Position numbers and translations under genes: made by a program
DNA from: Carcharhinus longimanus
Taxonomy: Eukaryota
Reading direction: 5' to 3'
NCBI GenBank assembly: GCA_030264375.1
Contig: JASCQW010000119.1
Span: 9,412,069-9,476,068 of the forward strand
Length of the DNA stretch: 64,000 nucleotides
In this document: in pieces, positions 1 to 10,950 of the stretch
How positions within the stretch are numbered: position 1 is the first letter of the stretch
How the letters are laid out: each line of letters begins with the position of its first letter
Notes under the pieces: generated by a model
Seen by the model: only the letters and a program-made list of their open reading frames with translations
Told to the model about the DNA's origin: nothing
Databases searched by the model: none

Positions 1-1760
1 CCTCTATCCCACACCTCTTTGCTTTCTTTATGAGCCTACCATGAGAAACTTCATCAGACGCCTTATAAAAATCCATGTATAAGAGATCGACTACCCTACC
101 TTCATCTTTGCCTCCTCAAATAATTCAATCAAAGTTATGAGGCAAGACTTGTCCTTCACGAATTCATGTTGTCTATCCCGGATTAATCTGCACCTTTCCA
201 AATGGTCATCAGTCCTATCCTTCAGGACATTGTCCATTAACTTAACGACCTCCAAAGTAAGATTAACTGGCCTATAATTACCAGCGTCATTCCAATTTCC
301 TTTCTTGAACAGGGGGATAACATTTGTCACTCTCCAGTCCCCTGGCAGTATCCCCATGGAGAGTGAGAACCCAAATATCAAAGCCAAACGCTCTGTAATC
401 TCATCCTTGCCTCACAAAGAATCCTAGGGAATATTCCATCTGGCCTAGGGGACTTATCAACCATCAGGATTTTCAAAATTGCTAATACCTTTTCCCTCAG
501 AACCTCCTCCCGCCTATCAGCCTGTATCACACTCTCATCCTCAGAGACAAGGTCCCTGTCCTTAGTGAACACTAAAGAAATGTATCCATTTATCACCTCT
601 CATATCTCTTCTGACTCCATGCACAAGTTCCCACCACTACCCTTTACCGTTCCAAAGCTCGCAATGGTCATTATTTTACTTCTCACATCAGAGTAAAAAA
701 CCTTGGAATTTTCCTTCAGCCAACCCGCCGAGGACTTCTCATGATCCCTCTGAGCTCTCCTAAGCCCTTTTATTTGGCACATGTTTTCATACCTTGTAGC
801 TCTCAAGCGACCCAACTGAAATGTGTTCTCTCATCCTTACAAATGCTTCCTTTTCCCTCTTGGCAAGGCATTCAACGTCTTTTGGGAACCGTAACTCCCT
901 CACTTGGCCACTTCCTCCCTGTCCGTCAGATATGTACCTATCAAGGACACACAGTAGTTATCCCTTGAGCAAGCTCCACTTTTCATTTGTGCCTTAACCT
1001 GACAGTTTCCGTTCCCATTTTATGCTCCCTAATTGTTGCCTAATCGCAGCATAATTACCCCTCCCCTAATATTAAATCTTGTCCCGTCTTATGGCTCTAT
1101 CACCCTCCATTGCAATAATGAAAGACACCAAATTTTGGTCGTTATCTCCAAAGTGCTCTCCTACAAACAAATCTAACATTTGGCCGGGTTGACTATCCAA
1201 TAGAAAGTCCCATGTGGCCTCACCTCTTGCCTGACGATCCAAATATTGTGTCAGCAAACCCTCCTGCACACTACAAAACTACCCCATCTGAAGTATTTGA
1301 CCTATGAAAGTTCCAATCAATATTTGGAAAGTTAAAGTGACCCACGATAACTGCCAGTGACCTCCACACCTATCATTAATCTGTTTTGCAATGTCCTCCT
1401 CCACATCTCTATTAATATTTGGGGGCTATAGAAAACTCCTAAGAACGTGATGGTTCCTTTCATAATATTACCACAATAGGCAGAACCCCCTCGAACTGCC
1501 TTTCGGCAGCCGTTAAAATATCCTTGATTAACAATGCCACTCCTTCACCACTTTTACAACCTTCACTACTCTTACTGAAACATTTATACCCCAGAACTTC
1601 CAACAGCTATTTCTGTCCCTGTTCTAAACGTGTCAACGTCATGGCCGCAACATTGTAGCCCCAAGTACTAAACCACTTATTCAGGATATTCCTTGCATTG
1701 TAGTAGTCGCACTTCAACCCACCTTCCTGTCGGCCGGTACACTCCTGCGACCTGGATACC
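1..1760 (-). mobile_element. CR1-clade LINE ORF2 fragment (endonuclease to RT N-terminus), degraded, runs off the window start
   Basis: Minus ORFs 91..387 (PGDWRVTNVIPLFKKG...GNYRPVNLT...QHEFVKDKSCLITLIELFE), 378..596 (KSPRPDGIFPRIL) and 1072..1269 (LTQYLDRQARGEATWDFLL...GEHFGDNDQN) are classic CR1 ORF2 motifs broken by frameshifts. Confidence 0.92.
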
Positions 1761-4700
1761 CTCCTCGTGATAATGTGTATTTTCCAACAAATTGCCAGGT
1801 GACTTGTTTGTATTGTTCTTTGAAATTTGTTCTTATTTATTTGTGCTATCCGATTTTTCCTTTTGCACACATGTATAGCAACTTCATCATTTGTGGAGTG
1901 CACCAAAGTTACAAAATAAATAAAAAATGTTTGATAATAAATCGGACGTTTACCCTTTTCATAGTATAGATGAAATGTACTTTTTGATGTTACCTGAGTA
2001 ACATCAATATATTGCAATTATGGTGCTTACCTAAATCATTTTTGCACGTTTCTAATTCTGGAAAACATCAAGTATCATGCGAGCAGGCAGTTTAGTCATA
2101 GAATTTAGTCTTGAAAATGCTGATAAATGTTTTCCAACATTTTCCAGTGTCGTAATGCTAGTATTGTCAGGTTGTGTTTCCAGTTGTACACATTTATTTT
2201 CTAAAATGTTAAAGTAATTTTAGTAGTCATGCAATTCTATTTCTAAGGTAGTATCGGCTAAATAACTGTTGAGCCATAGATGTCGGGATCCCATAATCCT
2301 TGAAATTCATTTTTCTGGCAAGAATAGTCATTTCCTCCAGTGGAAAAAAAAAGTGCATTTTCACTTGAAGAAACACTGCCAAGCTGTACACAAATGCATA
2401 GATTTGACTAACATTTCTATTCGAACTAAATGTTTGCAAAGCAAAACAGGTCGTCATGATCTGATGCCGTCACAGATCCTTTGCTCTCTATAATTTCTCA
2501 CGTAAAAGGAATCATAGCAGTGCAATTCAATAATCTTGATTTTTATGTAAACTGTGAATTTTAACTTCAAATCCATGGACCATCAAGCTGGATCATTGTA
2601 CTTGTTGTATTTTGAGCCTTCACTTCCAAGTATCTTAAATGTTGTTTCCTTTTGCACTGACACTCTTCTTCCTCACTTACAATGTAATCTTATTTTCCTG
2701 CGGGGAGAAACGTTACTATTCAGCAATCCATCCCTCTACAAATTTAATCAGAATACTCAGGTTAATCGTGTCGAACAAACGTTGTTTGAACTTTTATTAT
2801 TTTTAAGCTCTGTACACATACTCAATGTTTAAAGATTTTAAGACCCAAGTGAACGTTTCACTACAAGAATAATTAAATAGCGAAAATCATTCCGCTTTTG
2901 TCATGAAGTTGAACGACTCACGTAAGGAATATGTATAATGTGTGTTGAAGCATTGCAGATTCAATGAGCTGTATCATGAAAAGTTCATTCAAAAGCTTAG
3001 CTAGAGGAGCAATCCACATCATTAAATCAAATCAAACAATAAATAATGCACATGAATGGGAACGAAGTCAGATACCGCCTCAGATGATAGTTTTAGCTAC
3101 GTATAATTATCAGACTGGATATGTCTCATGCAGCAAAATCATGAGGTTCCATATAGAGTGCGCGACCGAGAATCACATGCCAGTAATTACCGTTAGTCTT
3201 CTCTCTCAACTTTGCTTCTATGAGGGAGAATGTCATTTCATTTCAGCAAAATCTTTATCAAGATTGACCAACTAATCGCAAATGACACGAAACAAATCTC
3301 TATTCACTCTATTACCTCTGTGCTGTGGATTATGTACCATATGATCAAAAGGCGGGAGGACGAATAAACCTTCGAATGCACCAGTATGAAGGTAGAAGAG
3401 CAAATTTTAAGAAGAGAAAGAAAATAGTCTGCAGACTGTGTTATCAAACAGTAAATTAACAAAGAAAAAAAGAGATTATAAAATAATTCCAACCTAACTC
3501 TTCCATAGATTGTTTGCACGCTTCTGCAGAAGGAACAAGAAATTATTTCATGCATACATACATGCCAACGGCAGCATATGGATTTTTTTTTCCCCTTACA
3601 ATCTGGCGTTTGCAGTCTAATCTCAAAAAAGAAGATGTTTATGAGAGGTTTGTTTCTTATTTTTTCCTCTGGTATTGGTAAACGGTGTAACATCCCATGT
3701 GATCGACAGGAGCATGGGTCGTGCAGTGTTTTGACAATACCGATATTTGTGAATAATCCGGGAATTGTATCTGCTCGGGGATAGTCTTATAATGTAAGAA
3801 TACATCACTCCGCCTGCTAAATGTATATCATATAGTAGATAGACATTTTCCACAGCTGATCAAATCCCATAAATATGGATCAATCACTCCTCTTAAAGTC
3901 GTTTTGTACACTATTTCTGGCAGCGTGCCCAGTGGACTTACAGATGACGTCAACTGTCCAATCGTGATATCATTGAATGTTTTATTGGATTCGAGCGCTG
4001 CATGAAACTTTTATGCCCCTCATTCATAGGGCGTATGTCAACATGGTTATTTCCATATTACAAAACCTCATGCCTCGCATAAAGTGTAAATGAGATTATT
4101 TCCCCACCTTCCATTCAACAAGCAGTTTATTTGGTAACGATGAATGGCTGTATTTCAGTTGTTTAAATGCACGAACTCTGTTTAACTAATGAGGTTGCAT
4201 GTTTTTTTTTAATGCAGCAACGCTAAAACAATGAGGATGAAATTCCACGTCAGTATACTGCATGACTGATCAGGAATTCACATGGTCTGGTTTTCGAATG
4301 CTTTGTTTTTTTCCCAGGGAGTGTAAATCACACTGTGGTAGCCTCCGTGGAATGGACGTTTCTCAATTACTTTAATTAATTTCTTTCGCCACAAAGTTTT
4401 ATTTTCCGGCTGCGGCATCGCAAACTGCACACGTGCCTGAGGCTTGCAAGTTTCCGTTAACAAACGGTTGTCAACCATTTTCAGCCTTTCCAATCAATTT
4501 GTCCATCCATTTTTCCGGACGATTCTAATTTCTGCTCCACCGCTCATGCTCTTCAATAAGCTACCCATTACCACTGCGATAGGGTTAATCAGAGACTGTC
4601 TCACGTTAACTGTACCCAGATTTTCTTTCCTCCTACATATTTGGAGACATCGTCTCTGGATCTCGCAACTGGAATATGCTCTTAATATTGACATGATTTT

Positions 4701-5276
4701 ATCAGATCATGGATTAACGGTTTCTTGGTTAAAGGAAACATAATCTGCTGATTTCGCCTGATAGGTGTCATGGTCCTTTGTCGAATGGCAGTTTCGAATT
4801 ACTTTAATGATTTATATTCCCCTCGTCACTGATAATTTACAGCTCGATGTAAAATGAAAGGACGAGTTACACGTAATGACTTTCAATGGGGTGAAAAAAA
4901 TATGCATGAAGTGAATTTATCGTAACGTTGTTTTATTTAAATATACNNNNNNNNNNNNNNNNNNNNNNNNNNNNACATAACATCGCAATCCTTATTCAAT
5001 GTACGCCTCTTCCTTTTGGAAACAACCTTACTTTTTAGCGCACACTGTCCTAAATGCGTAGAGAACTTTCACGGATGCGCTCCAGTTCCTCCACGCCAGT
5101 GAAACCGGGGTCCAATTTATTTTCCCTGGCCAAGGAAAGTTGGCCGAAATAGGTGTTTTCAAATGCCATGTTTAATTTGCATTACTGAAAATGAAATGCC
5201 ACTGATCGAGTCTAACGATAGCAGCAATCAAGAGATTAAGCCTGCATAATATCAGGATTTTCCACACTTGTCCAAT

Positions 5277-5510
5277 AGAACATAGAACACTATAGCACAA
5301 AGAGGCCATTCGGCCCACAAGTTGTGCCGATCATATCCATACTTACCAGGCCTGCAGGCTCGAAGGGCCAGATGGCCTACTCCTGCTCCTATTTCTTATG
5401 TTCTTATGTTCTTACTCATCCAGAGGTCTCTTAAAAGCCCCCAACGAGTTCGCCTCTACCACCACCGACGGCAGCCTATTCCACTCACTCACCACCCACC
5501 TCCCTTTGAG
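5277..5510 (-). mobile_element. CR1 3' end fragment interrupted by an opposite-orientation CR1 tail
   Basis: AGAACATAGAAC...GGCCATTCGGCCC tail signature (reverse strand); the sequence resumes after 5413 with CTCTTAAA...GCCTCTACCACC...TTCCACTCACTCACCACCC. Confidence 0.75.
5350..5413 (+). mobile_element. Short young CR1 (HER1-like) 3' tail insertion
   Basis: CAGGCTCGAAGGGCCAGATGGCCTACTCCTGCTCCTATTTCTTATGTTCTTATGTTCTT, identical to the reverse complement of 22614-22672. Confidence 0.85.
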
Positions 5511-6957
5511 AAATACGCGTGAAAATAAAACATCTAATGGAAATCGGAATGTGTACACCATTCAAGATGATATTTTTTGAACATGTGGCTGTTCCTGACT
5601 TATCATCAATTCTGCATGATTTGGTCATATAATGAGCACATACCTAGCTCTTCTCCTTTAAGTGTCAAACCTGTGAGCAGATAAGTTACCACCTGTAACA
5701 ATGAACGAAATATTTTCCAAAGATTTTAATTGCGATCATATCATTATGTCCTAAACATGAATGACAATATCCAATCTCACTCGTTTACCATTTTGTTTGA
5801 GGTTCCACATTGGAAGATGCAGCCATTGTCGATCAGGTTAATCATTCATTGCAACAATAGTGTCTGAAATTGTCAACCTAGAGGTTGAAAGCACAACTGC
5901 GTGCACGTCCGTTTGAAGCTTTAGCGCACTTCGAGAGGATTCAATGAATATTTTGGTCACGTGCACTCTGATGGAGATATATGCACATCTAATGGATGTG
6001 TTTTCCAAGTGCAAATTTTGTTAGGACGTTGCAGTGTCAATACGTTTTTTTTTCGGAGTCTTGAAAAACAGTGGTGGCGCCAAGCTACAAGAACAATGAA
6101 ATTCTTATCACTTTGTTAAAAATAAAAGTAGAGTACCTTGCGTCCTGTCATGTCCACCATTCGTGAAGGTGGAATTTTGACACACAAAAAATCATGAGAC
6201 TTTTAGTAGTTCCATGGTATATCTGGGTGAATTAAGTAAATCCAGCACGCCTGTGATGATGGGAAACCATTGTTGATCAAGTTTCAGTTCTTTCAGAAGT
6301 GGCACCAATGGCTGCTCAGAGAAATGTAGTCAATGCAGTGCATTGAGTCTTCTCGCAGACATTGCGTAATTAACACACATCTGACTTGTGGCCCATTTAG
6401 TACTTCTCTTAGATAACAGGTTTGCTTAGTGAAAGTTATTAGAGTTAAATGGTGAATGAATGATGTCGTGCTGACTGAAGGGTAGTTCGAAATGTTTTCC
6501 TCAAAAATTCGTTATTCTCATACTGGCCATCCTGCTAAATATGAATCAGATCGACCATGCAGACCGGTATTAATTTCATTTAAATTTACGATTCAAGTCG
6601 GATAAGCTTAAACAAAGTTTAATGGCCCGAGGGCATTCTAGACAATATAATGGTCAGTATTTGAAAACACTTACGTTCCTGTTGTTCACGTAATGTATCC
6701 GCTGAAAGGCAAACATCTGATTTGAAATATTTATGAAACAACATTTTATGTCACAGATATTCAGTATAATCAATTGAAGACATGTAAGAAAACACATTCC
6801 TGCAATAAGAAAAGAAGAAAAACAAATGTCTCTATGGTGCTGCAAAGCTGCTAAAAACTCCCCCGTTGTTAACACCAGAATTGTTATCCTGATACTCTCC
6901 TGGCAGTGTGACTGAATATGAGCATTGGTAGCCAGGGTGGCGCTAGTGTGAGGGGAG

Positions 6958-7908
6958 TGTGGTAATATGATCAGGGTCTGATTTTTTTTTTAAGTCGGAT
7001 TAAATGCGATATCCCAACTTGAAGAACTGGGTAAGTTAACATCAAACACATTCAAACCTCAGGGAAGACAGACTTGATGAAAGTCAAATTTACAAAAAGG
7101 CAGGAACATGTCTGGGCCTGGTCCATCAATCACAAATCAAAGATCATTGCACTCAACTGAGGCATGAGAGGAGATCATCACCACCTATTGCAATGTATTG
7201 GCGTATTGTTAGAAACACAGATTGGACCAGACTTTCTGCCACCTAGACTTACTTATCAGACAACAGGTTACTTGTAAGCAACAGCATCGATGTAGACACC
7301 TGGGAGTGAGCCCCAGTGTCCTGTCAGGCAAACATCAGTAAACCCACTGGGTATTGGGATCCCCCTCTGGAGATCGCATTGGACGGAAACCAGAGACATT
7401 TCTGGAAAGGCAACCAAAAAGGCAGAAATGTATTCATCTCAGACAAACCAGCAGCGAAGACTCTACGATGGAGGCGACATTTACCGTCAGAAGAATGACC
7501 AGAGAAAGAAAGCGNNNNNNNNNNNNNNNNNNNNNNNNNNNNNNNNNNNNNNNNNNNNNNNNNNNNNNNNNNNNNNNNNNNNNNNNNNNNNNNNNNNNNN
7601 NNNNNNNNNNNNNNGGGGGGGAGGGGGGGGCGGAAAGCTGCCATTGGAATTCACTTTCGTGACGAAGGACCAGAGAGACTCAGGAAATTGGGCCTGCACT
7701 TCAACCAAACCATTTTTGTGGTAATATACTTCAAACGGTGGGACCCTCTTTGTTTTAAGTGGGTAATTTAAGGGTTAATATTGCTATAATTAACAAACTT
7801 GCGAGATCTTTTCTTTTATTTGTCCTTTGTCCATCTTGCAGTTAACAGTACTGGGGTAGAACCTTCATTAAGTAAACTGGTCGAAAGTGTCTGAGAGTTA
7901 CACTTACA
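6958..7908 (+). repeat. 5' LTR
   Basis: Starts TGTGGTAATATGATCAGGG; ends ...GAGTTACA (7902) or ...CTTACA (7908). Colinear with 18132-18947, sharing AACATGTCTGGGCCTGG, ACCCACTGGGTATTGGGA, GGACCAGAGAGACTCAG and GTAAACTGGT. Poly(A) signal mutated to AACAAA at 7792. Confidence 0.9.
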
Positions 7909-7910
7909 AT

Positions 7911-7925
7911 TGTCACCCCAGACGC
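7911..7925 (+). promoter_or_regulatory. Primer binding site, tRNA-Arg(CCT)-like
   Basis: TGTCACCCCAGACG just after the LTR end; resembles TGGCACCCCAGATGG, the complement of the vertebrate tRNA-Arg(CCT) 3' end as I recall it; 2 mismatches in 14. Confidence 0.6.
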
Positions 7926-8040
7926 TCCTTCGATACGAAGTGATACATTGCTCAGAAGTCGAACCCTGAATCCGGTTTCTCCAACACTCCATTTGAGCCT
8001 GAACGAAGAGAGTAGATTGCCCCACAAGAAAGCCAGTGTT

Positions 8041-8048
8041 AAGTGAGT
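8041..8048 (+). promoter_or_regulatory. Candidate major splice donor in the proviral leader
   Basis: AA|GTGAGT between PBS and gag ATG, the usual position for a retroviral major splice donor. Confidence 0.4.
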
Positions 8049-8246
8049 GAATGATTAATACAGATTCGAAGACTCAATTAGGCCATAAACCCGGTGTCTG
8101 TATCACGAGATGGACAAACTGCGTTGTTAGAACTAGGATAGTCAAGTGAATTTGGGTAAAATCTACGCAGGGAATTTGCTGAATACTGGACCCTTACCCC
8201 AGTGCTTTAATTATCCTCACGTGACGAATCTTAAAAATAAATAATT

Positions 8247-8995
8247 ATGGACAGTCGTGCTGAATGGGTGGAAGTCCTCCGTTTATATTTGAACCATAAG
8301 AGGTCCAAATATGTGCAGTGAGGTGACACCCCGAAACTGTATCTGGGATCGGAAGGAGATAATTATTGGAATCATGACCATAAAGAAGTCGGTAAGAGGG
8401 CTACAAAGCTTAGGAAGGTGATTACAATCGCCTGATCTCGAGAAAAGCGGGGATTAGTCGTGTTAAACATGACAGAGAGGCAATTGGAATTAGAAATAGA
8501 CACACGAGAGGAAAGGAACCACCTTATTACGATACACATGAACAAGTTCCAGTCTGAATATGATAATGCCCACCAAAAGGCAAAGCACAATGTCAGTGAA
8601 GGAAAGGCTGCTCTGTACAGTTGGAGACAATTAACCATAGATGCAGTGGCCTGCAGGCTGCAGTAAAAGTTTTACACTAAACAGGAAAATAAAATCCTGC
8701 CCGTGCAACATACCAATCCAAATGCCTGCGTGACACTGAAGATTTCTAATCACAACTAGCTATCCAAAGTGATGCAAAGTGTGCATATACCACCAAAACA
8801 CCGGATAGTGACCCACGGGTAGATTGGGGGCGGGGGGTGATTTAGAAAAGGGTGCCTGCCGTTATACAATTGTTAGCGTCACTGTGACCGGGGATACATC
8901 CTCCGTTCCCATTAATGGAACAAACGGCACCACACTAATCAGACATCCCGTCCGGAAAACCCAGTTCCGCCCCTAATCCGCCCCCTTCCCGGAGC
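8247..8995 (+). pseudogene. gag: gag N-terminal region with coiled-coil character; capsid/NC apparently deleted
   Basis: ATG 8247 is in frame (through stops) with ORF 8460..8666 ERQLELEIDTREERNHLITIHMNKFQSEYDNAHQKAKH; Pro-rich stretch near 8960-8990; first ORF after the PBS. Confidence 0.55.
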
Positions 8996-9002
8996 ACTCA
9001 GA

Positions 9003-9185
9003 ATGGGACAATAACAGGAGAGCATAGAAACAGACCAGTTGGAATTTGGACTGGATAATATAATGTGCCATCACCCAGCTATCTTGGTTAAACTCCAGCC
9101 AGAGCCAGAACACATTAGAGGGACCGATCTGATGAGGAAATGCAAAATAATCGTTCTATCCCGCTAAGTGTTCTTTTGGCAAGTA
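9003..9185 (+). pseudogene. pol: Aspartic protease C-terminal half
   Basis: Translates ...LEFGLDNIMCHHPAILVKLQPEPEHIRGTDLMRK, matching the (I/L)LG(R/T)D(L/F) retropepsin C-terminal motif; no DTG/DSG half seen. Confidence 0.55.
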
Positions 9186-9369
9186 AGAACCACTTGTCAA
9201 TTCCCTGTCGAGGTGGGCCACCCACAGATATATAGACCGAATTTCTACTTTTGAAAAATTGTGGATCAGGGCTACAGAAATGATGTAGGACCCTGAAGCA
9301 AACGTATATTAGCCTAACACATAAAAGCATTCGCAGTCACAAGCATGACCATGTCAGAATAACAGGGGA

Positions 9370-10255
9370 AGTAATCATAGAAGGACCTTACTCTAAACCC
9401 CGAAGACAGAACGGCTTCGCTAAGCAAGCCGAAGGGGAAGTGTCCAAGCTGATTAGCATTTTATGAAAACAAGGGATTCTGATCCCCGTTGTTTCCACTA
9501 AGAACTCCTCCATTTGGCCGTTAAGGTAACCAGAGGGTTCCTGAACGTTCACAATTGNNNNNNNNNNAGTAAGATCACCCCAATTACAGCCCCAACAGTG
9601 TTGACTAACCCAGAAACCATGATGAAACAAGCCCCACACACATTTTTTTTTACGTGTTGGACATCAGTAACGGCTTCTGGTTAATTCGCTTAGATCATCT
9701 CTGTGAACACAGATTTGCCTTAATGTTCAAGACACAACAGTGCATCTGGACATGTTTATCACAAGATTTTCTTGCCTTTCCCTTTATATTTCATAAGCGC
9801 TTAGCAAGCTGCTTGGAGAGATTCTCCAAACCTGAATATTTATTCCAAAGCGTAGACGATCTCCTGTTACAGACTGCAACAAAATCGGGACATCTTAAAT
9901 TATTGGAGGAACTGCTGAACCACTCACTACAATAAAGTTAAAGGTAAATCCCAAGAAAACCCAGATCATGAGACCACCGGTCCCTTACTTGGGTACAGGA
10001 GTGACTGAGGAGAAGCATGAGATGTAAAAGAAGCAAGTTGAATCCGTAACACGACTTCCCTTGCAAAGAACATAAACTTGGTGCACTATTTTCTCGGCTT
10101 AGTGAAGGACTATCAGAACAACATCGACGGTTTCGCCACTAAAGCCGCTCCCCTGTCCGAAATTTTATGAAAAAAATACATGGGTCCAGACTATGCGGCA
10201 CACACAAGCAAGTCTCAGACCTCAAACAATCCCTGGCACAAGCCAGTGCCTGATA
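9370..10255 (+). pseudogene. pol: Reverse transcriptase, spuma/class III/loki-like, with stops and frameshifts
   Basis: KQGILIPVVSTKNSSIWP, VLDISNGFW (motif A), RFALMFKTQQCIWTCLSQDF (LPQGF-like), PEYLFQSVDDLLL (YVDD decayed to SVDD at 9849-9860), KVNPKKTQ, VPYLG. Confidence 0.92.
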
Positions 10256-10257
10256 GG

Positions 10258-10545
10258 TACCCAACCCTGAACTCCCCTTTGCCCTTGAAGTAGTGGCCAC
10301 TGATAGTACACTCGCCGCTGAGCCCCTTCCAGAAATGGCGCGGCTCAGCTCAACCCCTTATGCTTCCCACATACTGTGGGGGAAGTACTTTTGTTTTTCC
10401 GGGCAGTGCACCACATTAACTATAAAGTCGGTTTGAACCCTTTCACTATACTTACAGAACACGCCCCGACTCAACTACTGATTAACGGCCGAGTTAAAGA
10501 TGGGGCGGTTAGTCAAAATTGTAGCACAGTAGACATTCGTATCAC
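10258..10545 (+). pseudogene. pol: Tether/connection (degenerate first RNase H fold)
   Basis: PNPELPFALEVVATDSTLAA ... YAS ... AVHHINYKVGLNPFTILTEHAPTQLL resembles the Ty3-type RNase H pattern (PF.L..DAS...AYAS...T.H.PL) without its catalytic residues. Confidence 0.65.
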
Positions 10546-10739
10546 AGTGTTGAGATATTCGGGCGAACATACCCGGGTCTCCACATTCTTGGAAGAACCC
10601 CTTACTTATGGGGACGAGCCTCATGAGTGCCAGGTTCCGGCAATAAAATACCCCAAGCGGCCATTGTTTGTCAAAAGAAAAGATGAAAGGAGCCAGGGGA
10701 ATCATCTAAATCCAGGCTCAGGACAGTTTAAACATTTTT

Positions 10740-10950
10740 TGTTAAGATGAGTCATCCATGGTGAAAGACGTAAACAGGGGGGCATGATGCCGGATGTACG
10801 TGGAATACCAAGAAGGCAAGCCCCTAAGCGAAGTACCCTTAAAACATACAGCACACTTGGATGCACAGACTGCAGAACTGGCAGGAATAGCATATGTAGT
10901 CAGCCACCCTGAGCTGTTCCCTACACCCACAGACATGCACTCCGATAGGA
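10740..10950 (+). pseudogene. pol: Retroviral-type RNase H, N-terminal half, cut by a CR1 insertion
   Basis: Translates DESSMVKDVNRGA*CRMYV...HLDAQTAELAGIAYVV...TDMHSDR, matching the DGS...AG.G...AQ.AEL.A...IYSDS pattern. Confidence 0.75.

Noticed and set aside
6948-6957. GAGGGGAG before the 5' LTR as a PPT, implying an upstream tandem provirus
   Set aside because: No env or internal sequence recognisable upstream; better explained as target site (GGAG)
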